DNA from: a virus
Taxonomy: Duplodnaviria; Heunggongvirae; Uroviricota; Caudoviricetes
IMG/VR virus record: IMGVR_UViG_3300013126_000009
Direction: 5' to 3' (one strand)
DNA length: 64,000 nt
A model generated the notes under the pieces. It ran no database searches. It saw nothing but the letters and a program-made list of their open reading frames with translations, and was not told the origin of the DNA. Shown in pieces: positions 1 to 9,310 of the stretch. Position 1 is the first letter of the stretch, and every line of letters starts with the position of its first letter. The translations under genes were made by a program, and so were the position numbers.

Positions 1-458
1 ATTCTATGTTCGTCAATTTTAAAACCTCTAGATATATCATCATGAATGAAAATATATTTTTCATTAGTCGGGTTTAGTCTATTTAGAATTTCTTTTTCTT
101 TATCATGTTCACGCTCTAAATAAAATTTATCTAATCTAACACTAAAATCTAATCCAGCTATTTTATAAAATGCTTCATCAAAAGTTAATGGGTTCATAAA
201 TTCTGGTAATCGATTAAAACCAACTTTTATTTTATTAATATCTGGAGATAAAGAATTTAATATTGAGTCGGCCTCAAAGTCACTTTTAACTGAGATTAAT
301 TCAAAATTAAATAAGTCTCTGTACATGTACTGTACATTTTTAATGTTATGTTCATAACAAAATAATTTAACGTGGCCATATTGTTTATGAAAATGTCTAA
401 CCATTCCATTACAAATTATGTGGTCACCTAAACCTAAATGATGATAAATATAAATCAT
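1..458 (-). CDS. Hypothetical glycosyltransferase-like protein (3' end truncated by the window; not in the ORF track)
   Basis: Manual translation from ATG at 458 gives MIYIYHHLGLGDHIICNGMVRHF..., open to the window edge. The GLGD motif resembles GT9/GT-B starts. ATGA overlap with the stop of 455..1228. Confidence 0.7.
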   Translation of the reverse strand, partial: MIYIYHHLGLGDHIICNGMVRHFHKQYGHVKLFCYEHNIKNVQYMYRDLFNFELISVKSDFEADSILNSLSPDINKIKVGFNRLPEFMNPLTFDEAFYKIAGLDFSVRLDKFYLEREHDKEKEILNRLNPTNEKYIFIHDDISRGFKIDEHR

Positions 459-1228
459 ATATTGTTTAAAATTTTAAACCCTTTAATCTTATCAAAACCC
501 ATAATCATAGCTAAATAACCTACGTTTGAGTACGTATAGCAAAGATACGAAGAGTTCTTTAAAAAGTAAACATCTTTTAATACCTCTAAATTAGATTTAT
601 TTCTATCATTAGTGAAATGTATAGGTTTAGAATCAAAACTAAAGGTGTTTGATTCATTTATTATAACCATATCGTTACCGTATTTAGTTTTTATTAAATT
701 AACATATTTAATGTCATCTGTAGCTAAAAATAGTTTTTTTAGGTTAGTTTCATTTAATGCTGCGTCAATACCCTCAATTATTTTTCCGTATGGTATTTCT
801 TTAATTTCATTTTTTTTATCAGTACCTCTTACTTGAACGCCTAAATATTCTTCATTATTAAATAATAGTCTAAGCTCCTTATCAAAGATTTCTAAAATTT
901 CTGGCTTAATCTTTAGTATTTTATTTAAAACGTTGTTTTTGGTTTTAAGACTATCATAATTAGGTATAGTGTGAGCATTAAAACTATTATCGATTTGTCC
1001 ATTGAAAAAATTTTCTAAAAATAAGACACCAGCTTCATATGTTTCACCTATTGGACTATTTAAATTGTTAAATAATTTTAAAATTTGTGGGTCTTCAACG
1101 ATAACATTAAAGTCGCCATGTGTTTTATTGTGTAATGTAGCAATATCTATTACTTGGTTTATTATAGAACAAAAACCTTTAGAACTATAGTGATACCTAT
1201 AATCATTCAAGTTAATTTTACCTAACAT
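455..1228 (-). CDS. NodZ/GT23-like fucosyltransferase-family glycosyltransferase
   Basis: GVQVRGTDK and LFLATDD motifs plus a C-terminal YSNV segment match the GDP-fucose-binding motifs of alpha-1,6/O-fucosyltransferases. Confidence 0.7.
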   Translation of the reverse strand: MLGKINLNDYRYHYSSKGFCSIINQVIDIATLHNKTHGDFNVIVEDPQILKLFNNLNSPIGETYEAGVLFLENFFNGQIDNSFNAHTIPNYDSLKTKNNVLNKILKIKPEILEIFDKELRLLFNNEEYLGVQVRGTDKKNEIKEIPYGKIIEGIDAALNETNLKKLFLATDDIKYVNLIKTKYGNDMVIINESNTFSFDSKPIHFTNDRNKSNLEVLKDVYFLKNSSYLCYTYSNVGYLAMIMGFDKIKGFKILNNI

Positions 1229-1907
1229 ATCTAGCTCTTATTGGACTTCTTTGGTCACCTCTAGGTATATCATTTTCATCTATTGATTCACCTATAAAAG
1301 CAAAATCGTCTAATGCTCTATCACGTTTAATACTGGTACCAATTCCTTCGTAATTATAATACTCATCATGTAAAAATAAATCATTAATAACAATCGGGTG
1401 AATAACATCTCTTAAAAAGCATTGGTCTATTGATTTGTCGGATTGTCTATAATTGTTTTGTAAATAATTAGCCATTAAATTAGAAAGGTTTGGTATAGAA
1501 TTACCTTTAGCGCCCCACATTCCAGCATTAATAAGCCAACCATGACCTATAGGGTGTTCTCTTATTACATGAAATGATTTTCCAGATTCAATCCATTCAT
1601 TAACCGCGATTTCATCTCTTAAACTTATTCTAGAATCACAATCTCTAGAAATAAAATATTCTATTTTATCGTCAATCATTGGTCTAAATCTCCATAAAGA
1701 GCCGAAAAAACCGTTTTCTTCAAAGGTATTAATTAATTTAACGTCTAATAACTTTAATTCTTCCAATATGTTTTTCGGTACTGTATCATTATGATAAACC
1801 CACATTTCCCAATCTTTAAAAAATTGTCTATGTAATTGTGCATTTTTTACGCAACCTACGGTGTATATCGGATTACCACCATATAATGAAAAACTTATAA
1901 CTCTCAT
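1218..1907 (-). CDS. Putative glycosyltransferase (GT-A-like, ISFSLYG family)
   Basis: MRVISFSLYG start, WRF, SRDCDSR (DxD-like), AGMWG and DQxFL motifs; located inside the GT cluster. Confidence 0.6.
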   Translation of the reverse strand: MRVISFSLYGGNPIYTVGCVKNAQLHRQFFKDWEMWVYHNDTVPKNILEELKLLDVKLINTFEENGFFGSLWRFRPMIDDKIEYFISRDCDSRISLRDEIAVNEWIESGKSFHVIREHPIGHGWLINAGMWGAKGNSIPNLSNLMANYLQNNYRQSDKSIDQCFLRDVIHPIVINDLFLHDEYYNYEGIGTSIKRDRALDDFAFIGESIDENDIPRGDQRSPIRARYVR

Positions 1908-2614
1908 TTTAAATATTTTAAATTTTCTGGTAAAACACCATTATTATACATGTTTATATTTTTATCATATATAACACTATCGTTAGGTTCATGTGTCGCT
2001 CTTTTAGGTGTAACTAAAGAACAAACCCTAATATCCACTAATGATTTATGTTTAAAACCAAATTTGTGCGCTCGATGAGCCATATCGCCATCGGCATAGT
2101 AATATCTATAAGCATTATTATACATACCTATTTTTCTAAATATTTTTTTATTATATAAGCCATAATTCATAACTATTTCACCGTTATTTGGTGTGTTATC
2201 AACCAAACACCAACCACTTAAATAATTATCACCTTTTAACCATTCAGTGTTGTTAACATCTTCTAAATTACCATATTTCCAATTGAATAGATAGAAATCG
2301 TTTTCATCATCAATTTCTTTAATTATTTCTTCCCAATCATTAACCAATATAACATCATCATTCCATTGACAAACCCATTCATATGATGTGTTCTCTATCC
2401 CCAAATTCATGAAATGTGGGTAACTGCTTCTAGCACCGACTTCAACTAGTTTAATTCTATCATTATTTAACGATTTAATGTATTCTAACGTACCATCATC
2501 GCTGCCACCATCTACTAAAACTAATTCTAATTTATCATTATTTAAAACCGTGTTTTCTATTAATTTTGGTAAAAACGAGACTCTATTTAATGTCCCAGTA
2601 ATAATACTTATCAT
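1904..2614 (-). CDS. Glycosyltransferase family 2
   Basis: ISIITGTLNR, LVLVDGGSDDGT, QWNDD and YADGD motifs of GT2. Confidence 0.85.
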   Translation of the reverse strand: MISIITGTLNRVSFLPKLIENTVLNNDKLELVLVDGGSDDGTLEYIKSLNNDRIKLVEVGARSSYPHFMNLGIENTSYEWVCQWNDDVILVNDWEEIIKEIDDENDFYLFNWKYGNLEDVNNTEWLKGDNYLSGWCLVDNTPNNGEIVMNYGLYNKKIFRKIGMYNNAYRYYYADGDMAHRAHKFGFKHKSLVDIRVCSLVTPKRATHEPNDSVIYDKNINMYNNGVLPENLKYLK

Positions 2615-3414
2615 TTTTTTAATATTTTATAAATTAAATCATCAGCAACTAAATAGTTTTTAGCTAACTGGTAATTGTTATTAATATGCTCAATTTTACT
2701 ATTATATAACTCTTCGGTTAAATAATTTTTTACATTTAATAATTCATCAATATCATTAAATGTAATCATACCGTTAATATCAAAAAAATCACTTATTGAC
2801 GGGCAACCCCAATAAATAGGTATCGTGCCAGTAATTAAACAATCAATTAATTTCTCAGTGAAGTAATAATCACTTTTAGTGTTTTCAATAATAATACTGA
2901 ATCTATAGGCTTTTAACGCTGTTATTTTATTCTCTATTGGGTTGTTGTAACCAAAAATATCTATCTCATTAAAAACATTACTAGAAACTATACTATGTCT
3001 TAATTTGTGACCTTCAGTATTTTTTTTTGCTGATAAAATTATTGATAGATTCTTTGTTTTATTGTGTATTACTCTTTCCTCATCTTTTATCCAGCAACCA
3101 CCTACTGGTATCAGAACAAATTTATCAGATAAATCTAATAACTCTTTACTAAAAGTAAAAACGTTATCAAATTTATTATAGTTATTTTTAATAAATTCAT
3201 AAGCATGTGGTGTTATTTTAGGTGATTCTAATAACCAACCATATTTTTTAACACCTACAATACTATCAACCATAGTTAAACTATTATCAGTTAAAATAAC
3301 ATGGTCATCACCGATACCTCTAACCCATTCAAATAATTTTGGTTTATTATACCAACTACTAGAATGAGCGTGAGAAAATAAATTATCGATTATATATAAT
3401 TTAGACTTTAACAT
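2611..3414 (-). CDS. GT10-like (alpha-1,3-fucosyltransferase-type) glycosyltransferase
   Basis: YRFSIIIEN..DYYFTEKL.DC...GTIPIYWG is the GT10 signature. Likely start is ATG 3414 (MLKSK) rather than 3471. Confidence 0.8.
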   Translation of the reverse strand: MLKSKLYIIDNLFSHAHSSSWYNKPKLFEWVRGIGDDHVILTDNSLTMVDSIVGVKKYGWLLESPKITPHAYEFIKNNYNKFDNVFTFSKELLDLSDKFVLIPVGGCWIKDEERVIHNKTKNLSIILSAKKNTEGHKLRHSIVSSNVFNEIDIFGYNNPIENKITALKAYRFSIIIENTKSDYYFTEKLIDCLITGTIPIYWGCPSISDFFDINGMITFNDIDELLNVKNYLTEELYNSKIEHINNNYQLAKNYLVADDLIYKILKK

Positions 3415-4039
3415 AAAAAGCGTCCCCCCACGTATTACCAGCCCAGTTAGTTTCAACTCTTTTAAAACCAAAAGTTGCTAAATAGTTATCTAACTCATCA
3501 ACAAGAGCACATTGATGGTAAACTACGTCCCTATTAACTTCTGTAAAAATGTAATCAATTTTATTTAATGTATTTTCAGCACCTTTAAAAACTTCCAATT
3601 CATACCCCTGTACGTCAATATTAATCATATTGTATTTAGGTGCTTGACCCATAAACCCATATGAATTAGATAGATTCATGAATCTATCTAATTTTGTTAT
3701 TTCAACTTCAACCGTATCTTCGAATTTAATATGTGGATATTGTGATAAATGTAATGCTGGTTTAAGTATTGAGTTAGATTGACCTTGATTGGTTGTTTCT
3801 ACATTCATTGTAATTTTACCTTCAGTGTTCCCTAAAGCTTTATTTATGAGTATCGCTTTACCGTTTAATTTTTCTTTTAATTTTTCAAAAGTTACTGGTA
3901 CTGGCTCAAAGAAAATTAAGTCTTTAATTCCGTTCTCAACATATAATTCATATTCTTCACCAAAATGCGCACCAATATGTAATACCCCTTCAATTTTTAA
4001 ATTATATTTTTTAATTATGTCTTTTAAATTTAATAACAT
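3401..4039 (-). CDS. FkbM-family SAM-dependent methyltransferase
   Basis: VLHIGAHFGEE, FEP, NIDVQGYELEV.KG and WGDAFY motifs. Confidence 0.9.
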   Translation of the reverse strand: MLLNLKDIIKKYNLKIEGVLHIGAHFGEEYELYVENGIKDLIFFEPVPVTFEKLKEKLNGKAILINKALGNTEGKITMNVETTNQGQSNSILKPALHLSQYPHIKFEDTVEVEITKLDRFMNLSNSYGFMGQAPKYNMINIDVQGYELEVFKGAENTLNKIDYIFTEVNRDVVYHQCALVDELDNYLATFGFKRVETNWAGNTWGDAFYVKV

Positions 4040-4040
4040 T

Positions 4041-4868
4041 TTAGTTAGTTTTAAAGATATATTTTATTTCTTTGTGCGGCCCATTTATATCTAAAAATTT
4101 AATAGAATTTAAATCGATAACTTGACCACTTAAAAATTTATCATTAAGTTCTTTTTCACTAATACCAAACTCTAATCCGTATCTATTGTTAAAAGTATCA
4201 TTAACTAGGTTAACTGGTATACTAACTAATTTAGATTCAGTAAAAGATTTCATCATTTTAGGTATTGAATTAGTACCCACAAATCTCTGTAAAGACGCTT
4301 CTAAAGTATTTGGATTACTGAAATTAACCTCAGTTAATAAATCTTTTATTAATTTTGTATTAAATATATGTCCGTCTGTTGAAAGGGGGTACCTAAAGTC
4401 GCCATTCTGTTGTTTAGTGTAATCAAACGTCATATATTCACCATCAATTTCATGTTCACCCAATTCATAATGTAAATTAGCTGGATGAGAGTAATTACAA
4501 TTTTTACCCAACCGTAACGAAAATATTACATAATCTTCGACAACTGGTTTAATAATATCTATTTTCCTAGATAAAATTTGATTATAAACAACGGCATCAT
4601 CAACCATAAAGGTTGTTGCTTCGATATTATCATCAATAAGCTGAAACAAGGTATTTTTAAAGTTTTTTTCATCACTAAAATAAACATTAAGGTGTTTATC
4701 AAAAACTTTTTGGTAGCCATGGAGGTATTCATCATTATCTGTTTTATATAAAACACTAATTTTATCAAACAAAAGCGGTGCATTTTTTTTTAATGAATCT
4801 AATAAAAGATTTAATTGGGCAGCCCTGTTTTTAGAAAATATAATTAATTGATTCTCGTATTTTTCCAT
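4041..4868 (-). CDS. Putative GT-A glycosyltransferase
   Basis: IIFSKNRAAQL.LLL.S start, FMVDD acidic motif, YPLSTDGH; cluster context. Confidence 0.6.
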   Translation of the reverse strand: MEKYENQLIIFSKNRAAQLNLLLDSLKKNAPLLFDKISVLYKTDNDEYLHGYQKVFDKHLNVYFSDEKNFKNTLFQLIDDNIEATTFMVDDAVVYNQILSRKIDIIKPVVEDYVIFSLRLGKNCNYSHPANLHYELGEHEIDGEYMTFDYTKQQNGDFRYPLSTDGHIFNTKLIKDLLTEVNFSNPNTLEASLQRFVGTNSIPKMMKSFTESKLVSIPVNLVNDTFNNRYGLEFGISEKELNDKFLSGQVIDLNSIKFLDINGPHKEIKYIFKTN

Positions 4869-5491
4869 TAGTCCCTAAAATAATTTGAATAATCTACGTT
4901 ACGATTCTGAATATCACTAAACCCAGCCGTTTGTTTAGCCATGTTAGGGTAAAAACCATAAACATTAAATCTGTTATGTAATTCAGCGTAATAAGCATCA
5001 ACTTGCCTTTGTCTTTTTGGTAAAACTCTTTCTATTATATCAAACATACTACTATTAATTGCGACACATTGTAAAGCAACAGTAAAGTTTAGTTTAATAA
5101 TTTTATCATTTATTAATTTAGGTGGTTGACCATAAACATGGTTCCCACCAAAATAAATAAAATCCCAATCAGATGGTACCATTGACATATAGTCATCTAA
5201 CTTTAATATCTCTTCGGTAAAATAAACATCATCTTCTAAAATTAAAACATTATTAAAACCGTTTTTTTTACATTTTTGTATTATACATAAATGTGATTCT
5301 AAAACACCTAACTCACCAGCTAATAACGATATATCGTTGGACATGATAGTCGCGCCATCAACAGCGGGAAATCTTTCCACTTCAGTAATACTAAATTTTT
5401 CAATTTCTTTTAAAAAAGATTTATATCTATCTGGTCGCCTATCTAAATTAATAACATAAATCGCATCGAAATATTTTTTTAAATTAACCAT
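4868..5491 (-). CDS. Glycosyltransferase family 25
   Basis: YVINLDRRPDR, RFPAVDG, GELG..ESH and LILEDD motifs. Confidence 0.88.
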   Translation of the reverse strand: MVNLKKYFDAIYVINLDRRPDRYKSFLKEIEKFSITEVERFPAVDGATIMSNDISLLAGELGVLESHLCIIQKCKKNGFNNVLILEDDVYFTEEILKLDDYMSMVPSDWDFIYFGGNHVYGQPPKLINDKIIKLNFTVALQCVAINSSMFDIIERVLPKRQRQVDAYYAELHNRFNVYGFYPNMAKQTAGFSDIQNRNVDYSNYFRD

Positions 5492-5512
5492 TTTTTTAAG
5501 TTTTTGTTCGTA

Positions 5513-7171
5513 TTAATATAGAATTAATTCATATCGTTGTTTAATTTCTTTAGCAACACAATCACTATTGAACTTATCAATATCTTCTGGTATATTATGT
5601 AAATTTTTACTTAAAATATTACCCGAAGAATCTACATCATAAATCCAACCTTTTTTACCACACATCCAACCTTCAATTGTTGTTCTACCCAATAATATTC
5701 CAGCCGTTTCATCACATTGTTTTATATAATTCTCAACGTTATTTTGTGGGCCAAAATATTTTACATGTGATGTATCACCACCATATTCATTAAATATATC
5801 CGAAACTTTAACATCATTTTCTTTTCCAACTAACCAAAGTTCGTCATTAGATTCGGCTGTTGTTTTAATCAAGTCTATTATTGTATTTTTTCTAAGATAG
5901 TCTATTGTACCAACAAATAATATTCTTTTATTTTTCCAATTTTTTTGACCGTTAGTTGGTTTGAACCTATTTGAATCTATTGGGTTATAAATTACCTCAA
6001 TTTTTGATTCATTGATACCAAAACTATTTATTAGGAAGTCTTTGATTTCTGGCCTGATAGCGATGTATTTTTTTATCTTTTCACTTATTACAGGTTCTTC
6101 AAGATTTATAACCTCGGAATGTATAGTACAAATTGCCTCAATTTCAGGGTATAGTCTTAAAAAATGTTCGGTTATTGGTTTGTGATTTAAGTGCATTATA
6201 TCAAAATTAACCTCAGACACCTTATATAGTTTACCCTTTTCGGACTTAACTAAACCTTGTGGTGTATTAACACCCCATTCACCGTCACCAAGTTTATAAC
6301 CTGGTGGTTCAGATAGATTATATAACTTAATTCCCAATTTCTTTGCTTTATCAACCATTGGTTGACCCAATTGGGAACATATTGTGACATTGCAGTTATT
6401 TTCGACCAAACCTTTAGCTAATTCATATACATACATTTCTGAACCAGTTAAATTAGCGAAACTAAGACAACTTATTAAAACATTCATCTTATTATGATTA
6501 CTGAACGTCTTTTTTATTCTAACTGGTAAGTTATCTTGATATTTCTTAGCAAATATTTGTCGATTATTTTCCCATTCATCATTCGTTTGTCCAATTGACA
6601 TATGATTTATCAATATGTTTGTATGAACACCGATTTTTACACCTTCCAAATAATTTCTAAAACAAAAATCAATATCATAAAAGTGAAAACCATTAACTGT
6701 CTGGTCAAAACCTTTCTTTATTCGTTTTTTATGTACCGAAAAGAATACACCGTCTACCGTGACAACATCTTCTATGCGATTACCTAAATCTTCACTATAA
6801 GAAGATAACCATTTTTTATCTTCATGTGTGTGGTAAACTTTACCATACATACTTCTACGGTCTTCCCACCACCTACCAGTATCGGAAAGATATTTAGTGC
6901 CAGCAACCCCTAAAATACCATATTCAGGGTTTCTGTCATATAATTTAACCAATTTTTTGGCCGCTTGCTTAGTTTCAATTAATATATCGTCATGTAAAAA
7001 TACTACAATATCGTATTTCGATTCATCTAATCCCTTTTGATAGAATTTGGTTAAACTTTCACCTTTATTAACATACTCTAAAATCTCAACTTTAGGATGA
7101 CCAAACATCTTCATTAGATGTTCAGAATGTTTAGGGTTCGGTTCTCTTGTACAATATACGATACTAATCAT
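5513..7171 (-). CDS. Bifunctional glycosyltransferase (N-terminal GT2-like, C-terminal GT4-like GT-B)
   Basis: N-half has VFLHDD, GVAG and FHFYDIDFC. C-half has TGSEMYVYELAK, VIYNPID and GRTTIEG. Confidence 0.8.
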   Translation of the reverse strand: MISIVYCTREPNPKHSEHLMKMFGHPKVEILEYVNKGESLTKFYQKGLDESKYDIVVFLHDDILIETKQAAKKLVKLYDRNPEYGILGVAGTKYLSDTGRWWEDRRSMYGKVYHTHEDKKWLSSYSEDLGNRIEDVVTVDGVFFSVHKKRIKKGFDQTVNGFHFYDIDFCFRNYLEGVKIGVHTNILINHMSIGQTNDEWENNRQIFAKKYQDNLPVRIKKTFSNHNKMNVLISCLSFANLTGSEMYVYELAKGLVENNCNVTICSQLGQPMVDKAKKLGIKLYNLSEPPGYKLGDGEWGVNTPQGLVKSEKGKLYKVSEVNFDIMHLNHKPITEHFLRLYPEIEAICTIHSEVINLEEPVISEKIKKYIAIRPEIKDFLINSFGINESKIEVIYNPIDSNRFKPTNGQKNWKNKRILFVGTIDYLRKNTIIDLIKTTAESNDELWLVGKENDVKVSDIFNEYGGDTSHVKYFGPQNNVENYIKQCDETAGILLGRTTIEGWMCGKKGWIYDVDSSGNILSKNLHNIPEDIDKFNSDCVAKEIKQRYELILY

Positions 7172-7326
7172 TTCTTATTATTAACTAATTTTCTAATTTC
7201 ATAACCTAAATCTTGGTCGTTTGGGTATTTCTTAACTAATGTAACAATTTCTTCAAGATTAATTTTTTTAGTTAAAAGATATTCACGTTCTAAATCAGAA
7301 TATGTTTCATTTGGTTTATTAATCAT
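7168..7326 (-). CDS. Small hypothetical protein, 52 aa (below the ORF-track cutoff)
   Basis: MINKPNETYSDLEREYLLTKKINLEEIVTLVKKYPNDQDLGYEIRKLVNNKK exactly fills the gap, with start/stop overlaps on both neighbours. Confidence 0.7.
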   Translation of the reverse strand: MINKPNETYSDLEREYLLTKKINLEEIVTLVKKYPNDQDLGYEIRKLVNNKK

Positions 7327-8045
7327 TACTGTCTTTTTTTTGGTAGTTCTTCTACTGGCAAATCTTTAAGCATTTCCCTTTTCATAGTTTCGCTAATAAT
7401 ATCTGGTAACCCATATGAAGCTTTAGTTTTTTCATCTAAATCAAACATCGCACCCATCTCACTCATGTTCTTATCGGACATATGTTGTTTTAGTTCCTCT
7501 TCACTTAAAAAATCTACAGGCGTCTCCTCAATCTTTTCTTCTTTTTTTGTGAATTTTTTGTGCGACCCAGTTACTTTAGATGTTAATACCCTAAACCTTT
7601 TAGAATTTAACCAATTATCATCATTCCGTCTTAAAGCTTTTCGCGACTCATAACCTTCTGAATTAAGCAATTCTCTCATTGTTGGTTTGTCAACATTGGT
7701 CTCATCTGAATTGTGTTCATCAACCTTATTAAAATCAACCATTAATGGTGATGTTGTAGTGTTAGACCATTTTTTGGTTTCATATAATCTATCATAATTT
7801 GAATCATTACCATTATAATTCAATAAAAATTCATATTTTTCTTTCCACGCCTTTGATGGTTGTTTGTAGGCGTCAACCGCAGTGTAATGATAATTAACTT
7901 TATCTTCCGCTTTTTCAACGTTTTCAGGTTCTTTAACTTTAAAAGTTTCAGTAAAACCAGTTTGTGATAAATCAATCTTTGGTTTTCTCTGTAAACCAAA
8001 AAAGTCTAAAATTCTATCTAATAGATTAATAAAATATTGTTTCAT
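7326..8045 (-). CDS. Hypothetical protein
   Basis: 239-aa ORF in operon orientation; no recognised motif. Confidence 0.7.
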   Translation of the reverse strand: MKQYFINLLDRILDFFGLQRKPKIDLSQTGFTETFKVKEPENVEKAEDKVNYHYTAVDAYKQPSKAWKEKYEFLLNYNGNDSNYDRLYETKKWSNTTTSPLMVDFNKVDEHNSDETNVDKPTMRELLNSEGYESRKALRRNDDNWLNSKRFRVLTSKVTGSHKKFTKKEEKIEETPVDFLSEEELKQHMSDKNMSEMGAMFDLDEKTKASYGLPDIISETMKREMLKDLPVEELPKKRQ

Positions 8046-8051
8046 TTTTAA

Positions 8052-8675
8052 TTATTTAATACCAGTGCTACCAAACCCACCAGAACCACGTTCAGTGTCT
8101 GATAGTTCACTAACACTTTCAAATGTTATCATTTTTTTACCCATTACACCACCAATAACACCTTGAGCAATTCGCTCACCATTTTCAATAACGAATGGTT
8201 TTGTTCCATGATTAATTAAAATAACTCTGACCTCGCCACGGTAATCGCTGTCCACTGTACCTGGCGAATTTAATACCGTAACACCATGTTTAGCCGCCAA
8301 ACCACTTCTTGGTCTAACTTGTAATTCAAACCCTTCTGGTATCTCAAAATATAAACCTGTTGGTACCATTGCATATTCACCAACACCCAATGTCATTGAT
8401 TCGTCAAGTGGTAAGTCAGCTCTTAAATCAAATCCAGAAGCACCATCAGTTGCAAATTCAGGGTCTGGGTTTGTACTCTTATTTACTAATCTTACTTTAG
8501 TTTTTGGCGTTGGGAATAACTTAGCTTTATCCTTTAACCATTTATCAAAATCAAATGGTTCTTGCTCATATTTCTTAATTAACTCATCAAAATTAAGTTT
8601 GGTCTTATAATCATCAATTTGCTGTTTATATTCAGCAACTTTTTTATCCAAATCTTCACCCATTTCTTTAAACAT
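8052..8675 (-). CDS. dut: Trimeric dUTPase with about 58-aa N-terminal extension
   Basis: All five motifs are present: [39 protein letters not shown]. Confidence 0.97.
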   Translation of the reverse strand: MFKEMGEDLDKKVAEYKQQIDDYKTKLNFDELIKKYEQEPFDFDKWLKDKAKLFPTPKTKVRLVNKSTNPDPEFATDGASGFDLRADLPLDESMTLGVGEYAMVPTGLYFEIPEGFELQVRPRSGLAAKHGVTVLNSPGTVDSDYRGEVRVILINHGTKPFVIENGERIAQGVIGGVMGKKMITFESVSELSDTERGSGGFGSTGIK

Positions 8676-8681
8676 ATTACT

Positions 8682-9251
8682 TTAATTTTGTTTTGTGTTT
8701 TTATCTTCAAGCATAGCCAAATCATTTGCCACTCGTAAAATGATTGACAATGGTTCAGCAAACCACATCGCTTGTTTATCAGTGTAATCCTTATCAAAAT
8801 TCATTACAGCTTGGTACTCGGTTTCTGTGAAAGAAACTCCATGTTGCATAGCGTAATAAATTGAACGTTCACCTATCTTCATAGCGACAAGATTTTCATT
8901 GAACTTGTACATTTGACCCAAGTTATCTTTATGCCATTGAGAATCGTTATTAATATAAAGTTTTGCTTTACCGATTTGATGTAGTAAACATACTTTCAAC
9001 AATGATTCTTTTTTAACTTGAATATTCTCAGGTAACGAATCGTTGATTGTAATGGCGTATTTTGCCACTTTAAGCAAATGGTCAATCAAACCACCCTCAA
9101 AGGCATTATATTTACTGGTTTGGTCTGAAGCTGGCGCTTTAACAAAATCCACACCCAAGAACTCCATAAGTTCATTTGTCATAAAACCATAGGTCTCAGC
9201 GGTCTTAAAATACTTACCAGCGTTTTTAGTTACTTTTTCTGTTGTTAACAT
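8682..9251 (-). CDS. HD-fold protein (YhaM-like) with HD changed to HQ
   Basis: APAS...AFEGGLIDHLLKV and CLLHQIGK match the YhaM-type HD pattern, with the Asp replaced. Confidence 0.65.
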   Translation of the reverse strand: MLTTEKVTKNAGKYFKTAETYGFMTNELMEFLGVDFVKAPASDQTSKYNAFEGGLIDHLLKVAKYAITINDSLPENIQVKKESLLKVCLLHQIGKAKLYINNDSQWHKDNLGQMYKFNENLVAMKIGERSIYYAMQHGVSFTETEYQAVMNFDKDYTDKQAMWFAEPLSIILRVANDLAMLEDKNTKQN

Positions 9252-9283
9252 ATGTCTTTAATTTATTTTTTTAGTTATATTTG

Positions 9284-9291
9284 CAAACTTA
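9284..9291 (-). promoter_or_regulatory. Bacteroidota-type -7 promoter box (TAAGTTTG)
   Basis: Matches TAnnTTTG, about 33 nt upstream of the HD gene start. Confidence 0.55.
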
Positions 9292-9310
9292 CAAAATTTT
9301 AAGACAAAAG

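Noticed and set aside
8682-9251. DatZ-like dATPase indicating a Z-base genome
   Set aside because: The pattern is YhaM-like with HQ rather than HD, and no PurZ or MazZ gene is in the window.
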